Of a DNA stretch of 64,000 bases, positions 62,044 to 64,000 are shown piece by piece. Source of the DNA: Candidatus Sulfotelmatobacter sp. Its GTDB lineage: Bacteria; Acidobacteriota; Terriglobia; Terriglobales; Acidobacteriaceae. The notes under the pieces were generated by a model. The model was given only the letters and a program-made list of their open reading frames with translations. It was not told the DNA's origin and searched no databases. The stretch is from positions 3,876 through 67,875 of the forward strand of contig JBAUYE010000355.1 in the NCBI GenBank assembly GCA_049584615.1, written 5' to 3'. Each line of letters opens with the position of its first letter. Within the stretch, counting starts at the first letter, position 1. The position numbers and the translations under genes were made by a program.

Positions 62044-63459
62044 ATGAAGGTTCGCACGACACTTTTCGCAGCTGCCGCAATATCGTTCCTGCTCCCCGTC
62101 TTCGGGCTTGCCGAGGCAGTGCCTCAGGATCCCGCAACTCAGGCGCCGCAGGAACCGACTCTGCCGGCCGCCGCCCAGACCACACTTCCGCCGCAGTCGG
62201 CCCAGCCCTCAGGTTCGGCTCCGCTGCGCGTCATGGTCGACAAGTCTCTGCTCATCAATACCACGGAGCGGCTCAAACGCATTTCGATCACCGACCCCAC
62301 GGTCGCTTACGCAACCGTAATTACTCCCACCCAGATCCTGGTTCATGGACGGGCCCCCGGCGAAGTCTCCCTGCTCATCTGGGACGAACTCGAGCGCTCG
62401 CGCAGCTTCGATCTCCGCGTGGATGTTGATGTCAGCGCCTGCGCCGAAGAAGAGCATCGCGTCTTCCCCGACGAACAGATCTCGGTCACGCCTTCGCGCG
62501 CCGCCATCGTACTCTCCGGCCACGTTACCACCGAGGATGTCGCCAAGCGCGCCGGGGAGCTCGCTTCTGCCTATTCGAAGAACGTAATCAACGTGCTCAC
62601 TTTCGGCCCCGTGGGCGCTCAGGAAGTCTTACTCGAAGTAAAGTTTGCCGAGGTCGACCGCACCGCCCTAACCCAGATGGGCTTCAACATTTTCTCCACC
62701 GGCGCCGGCAATTTGTTCGGAACTACAACCACCGGCCAATACGGAGGCTTCACTGCGCCAACCATCACCCAGACGCAAGGACAGAGTCCTCCGTTTACGG
62801 CCACTCAAACCCTCAGCAACGTTCTTAATCTGTTTTTGTTTCAGCCCAATGTTCACTTGGGCACCGTGATCGAAGCGCTCGAGACCAAGAACCTTCTTCA
62901 GATCCTGGCCGAGCCCAATCTCATCGCCGTCAACGGCAAGAAGGCGAGTTTCCTCGCCGGCGGCCAATTTCCTTTCCCCATTGTGCAACCTGGACAGGGA
63001 TTCACCGCCGTTACCATCTCTTTCAAGGAGTTTGGCGTAAGGCTCGAGTTCACCCCGGTGATCATGCCCAACGGGAACATTCACCTCACCGTCGCGCCAG
63101 AAGTTAGCACTCTCGATTTTGCCGACGCTCTGACTATTTCTGGCTTCACGATCCCGGCTTTGAGCACGCGCAAGGCCGAGACCGAGTTCGAGCTGCGCGA
63201 CGGACAGAGCTTCGTGATCGCCGGTTTGATCGATAATCGTGTCACCGACATTTGGAACAAGGTTCCTGGCCTGGGCGACATTCCGATCCTGGGTAATTTT
63301 TTCAAGAGCAAGAGCCTCCAGAAAAGCAATTCCGAACTCATGGTGCTCTGCACCGTGCACCGGATTTCGCCCAGTACCGAACCACCTCCCACCCCCAAGA
63401 ATCCCCAGCCTTTCATCAACAACGACAAGTTCGATGGAAAGAAACCGTCGGGAAAGTAA
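62044..63459 (+). CDS. cpaC: Tad secretin CpaC (RcpA family)
   Basis: A signal peptide MKVRTTLFAAAAISFLLPVFGLAEA is followed by an N-terminal pilus-assembly/BON-like region (RISITDPTVAYATVITPTQILVHGRAPG). The secretin signature is VPGLGDIPILGNFFKSKSLQKSNSELMVLCTVH. Confidence 0.88.
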   Translation: MKVRTTLFAAAAISFLLPVFGLAEAVPQDPATQAPQEPTLPAAAQTTLPPQSAQPSGSAPLRVMVDKSLLINTTERLKRISITDPTVAYATVITPTQILVHGRAPGEVSLLIWDELERSRSFDLRVDVDVSACAEEEHRVFPDEQISVTPSRAAIVLSGHVTTEDVAKRAGELASAYSKNVINVLTFGPVGAQEVLLEVKFAEVDRTALTQMGFNIFSTGAGNLFGTTTTGQYGGFTAPTITQTQGQSPPFTATQTLSNVLNLFLFQPNVHLGTVIEALETKNLLQILAEPNLIAVNGKKASFLAGGQFPFPIVQPGQGFTAVTISFKEFGVRLEFTPVIMPNGNIHLTVAPEVSTLDFADALTISGFTIPALSTRKAETEFELRDGQSFVIAGLIDNRVTDIWNKVPGLGDIPILGNFFKSKSLQKSNSELMVLCTVHRISPSTEPPPTPKNPQPFINNDKFDGKKPSGK

Positions 63460-63482
63460 CTTCTATGGGTGCAATGATCGTA

Positions 63483-63515
63483 CTGGCAACTGGCAACTGG
63501 ACACTGGCAACTGGC
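63483..63515. repeat. Heptanucleotide tandem repeat (CTGGCAA-type, about 4.7 units) between cpaC and cpaE
   Basis: The units read CTGGCAA CTGGCAA CTGGACA CTGGCAA CTGGC. The repeat lies 24 nt after the cpaC stop and 28 nt before the cpaE ATG. Confidence 0.9.
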
Positions 63516-63542
63516 TTTAGGGAAGCGGAGAAGTCATAAGTT

Positions 63543-64000
63543 ATGGCCGAGCTTTCAGTCGTCATCGTGGCCACAGACAATGAGCAGCGCACCGTGCTGC
63601 AGGTGTTGGTGGATGGCACCAGCGTAGCCCGCACGGTTCATACCTGTGCCAGTTTCCCGCTCGCTGCCTCGGATCCGGTCACGCGGCGGGTTCAGGCCGC
63701 CAGCCCTGACGTTGTTCTGGTCGACATTCCTGCCGATAATCCCACCACCGCCATGCGCGCCGTCGAACTTCTGCACCAGGAACTGCCCGACTCGGCCGTA
63801 TTCGCCATCGGCAGTCTCAATCAGCCGCAGGTCATCGTGAGCGCGATGCGCGCCGGTGCTCGCGAGTTCATCGAACGCCCCACCACCACCACCGATCTTC
63901 TCGAGGCCTTTGTTCGCCTGACTACAGCCCAGCGCAAGGTTAAGAAAGAAGGTCCACGCGGCAAGGTCTTCTCGGTGGTCAACGCCAAAGGTGGCAGCGG
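63543..64000 (+). CDS. cpaE: Tad pilus assembly ATPase-like protein CpaE/TadZ, N-terminal part (runs off the window end)
   Basis: A receiver-like N-domain is visible (MAELSVVIVATDNEQRTVLQVL..PDVVLVDIPADN..MRAGAREFIERP). It is followed by KVFSVVNAKGGSG, the beginning of the MinD/ParA-type deviant Walker A, at the window edge. Confidence 0.8.
   Translation, partial: MAELSVVIVATDNEQRTVLQVLVDGTSVARTVHTCASFPLAASDPVTRRVQAASPDVVLVDIPADNPTTAMRAVELLHQELPDSAVFAIGSLNQPQVIVSAMRAGAREFIERPTTTTDLLEAFVRLTTAQRKVKKEGPRGKVFSVVNAKGGS

Noticed and set aside
63483-63515. Whether the heptamer repeat, or the GGTTTCAA array at 21313-21400, could be a CRISPR array.
   Set aside because: The units are 7-9 bp with no spacers of unique sequence, and no cas genes are in the window. 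These are microsatellite or inverted-repeat elements, not CRISPR.
1-64000. A search for mobile elements, prophage, toxin-antitoxin pairs or recognisable defence systems (restriction-modification, CBASS, retron, Abi and similar).
   Set aside because: No transposase, integrase, reverse transcriptase, nuclease-helicase pair, methyltransferase or small adjacent toxin-antitoxin-like ORF pair could be recognised from the translations. The only composition anomaly is the 34.7-36.3 kb islet, and it lacks such genes.

Overview
This is a densely coding, high-G+C bacterial chromosomal segment. A hand count gives about 58% G+C in a typical coding stretch. I support about 57 protein-coding genes and found no rRNA, tRNA, CRISPR array, transposase or integrase. 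Gene content and the repeat families suggest an Acidobacteriota-like genome, but that is inference only.

The ORF track uses ATG, GTG and TTG starts; for example, nadE starts with GTG at 34676. Many listed ORFs are therefore N-terminally over-extended or are antisense artefacts.

Main blocks:
- 1-10.5 kb: envelope and housekeeping genes. These are a partial ABC ATPase, a transglutaminase-like protein, an ECF sigma with a soluble ZAS anti-sigma, an Slt-type lytic transglycosylase, lspA and mntH.
- 10.5-15.1 kb: seven co-directional cytoplasmic genes (NUDIX, GAF/fRMsr, a signal-less TroA/BtuF-fold protein, IscU-like, HAD, MobA-like, XdhC).
- 15-29.6 kb: an alcohol dehydrogenase, a PAS-GGDEF-EAL protein, a membrane ankyrin protein, a class A beta-lactamase-like protein, a GalT-like protein, mutS, nagZ-anmK, DUF1697, a family-5 solute-binding protein and a YmdB-like protein.
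- 29.7-34.7 kb: an orphan TPR-secretin, a DsbA-like protein and nadE.
- 34.7-37.6 kb: a lower-G+C islet containing a frameshifted PilZ-like gene.
- 37.8-53.5 kb: a contiguous phosphate and polyphosphate super-cluster. It holds a propeller-phosphoesterase, phoU-pstBAC, CHAD, ppx, a SixA-like protein, ppk1, pstS and a GH15 hydrolase, with Pho-box-like phased hexamers.
- 53.5-64 kb: an FHA-GAF-PP2C phosphatase, four polytopic GT-C-like membrane proteins (three DUF2029/GT87 paralogues), then the start of a Tad/Flp pilus locus (flp, cpaB, cpaC, cpaE).

The most unusual signals are listed in the findings:
- the GT87 paralogue block wedged between a signalling phosphatase and the tad locus;
- phased hexamer arrays in the pst promoters;
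- a REP-like element that also sits in frame inside anmK;
- a GGTTTCAA-unit inverted array between the GalT-like gene and mutS;
- several short tandem repeats and perfect palindromes.

No classical defence or mobile system was recognisable.
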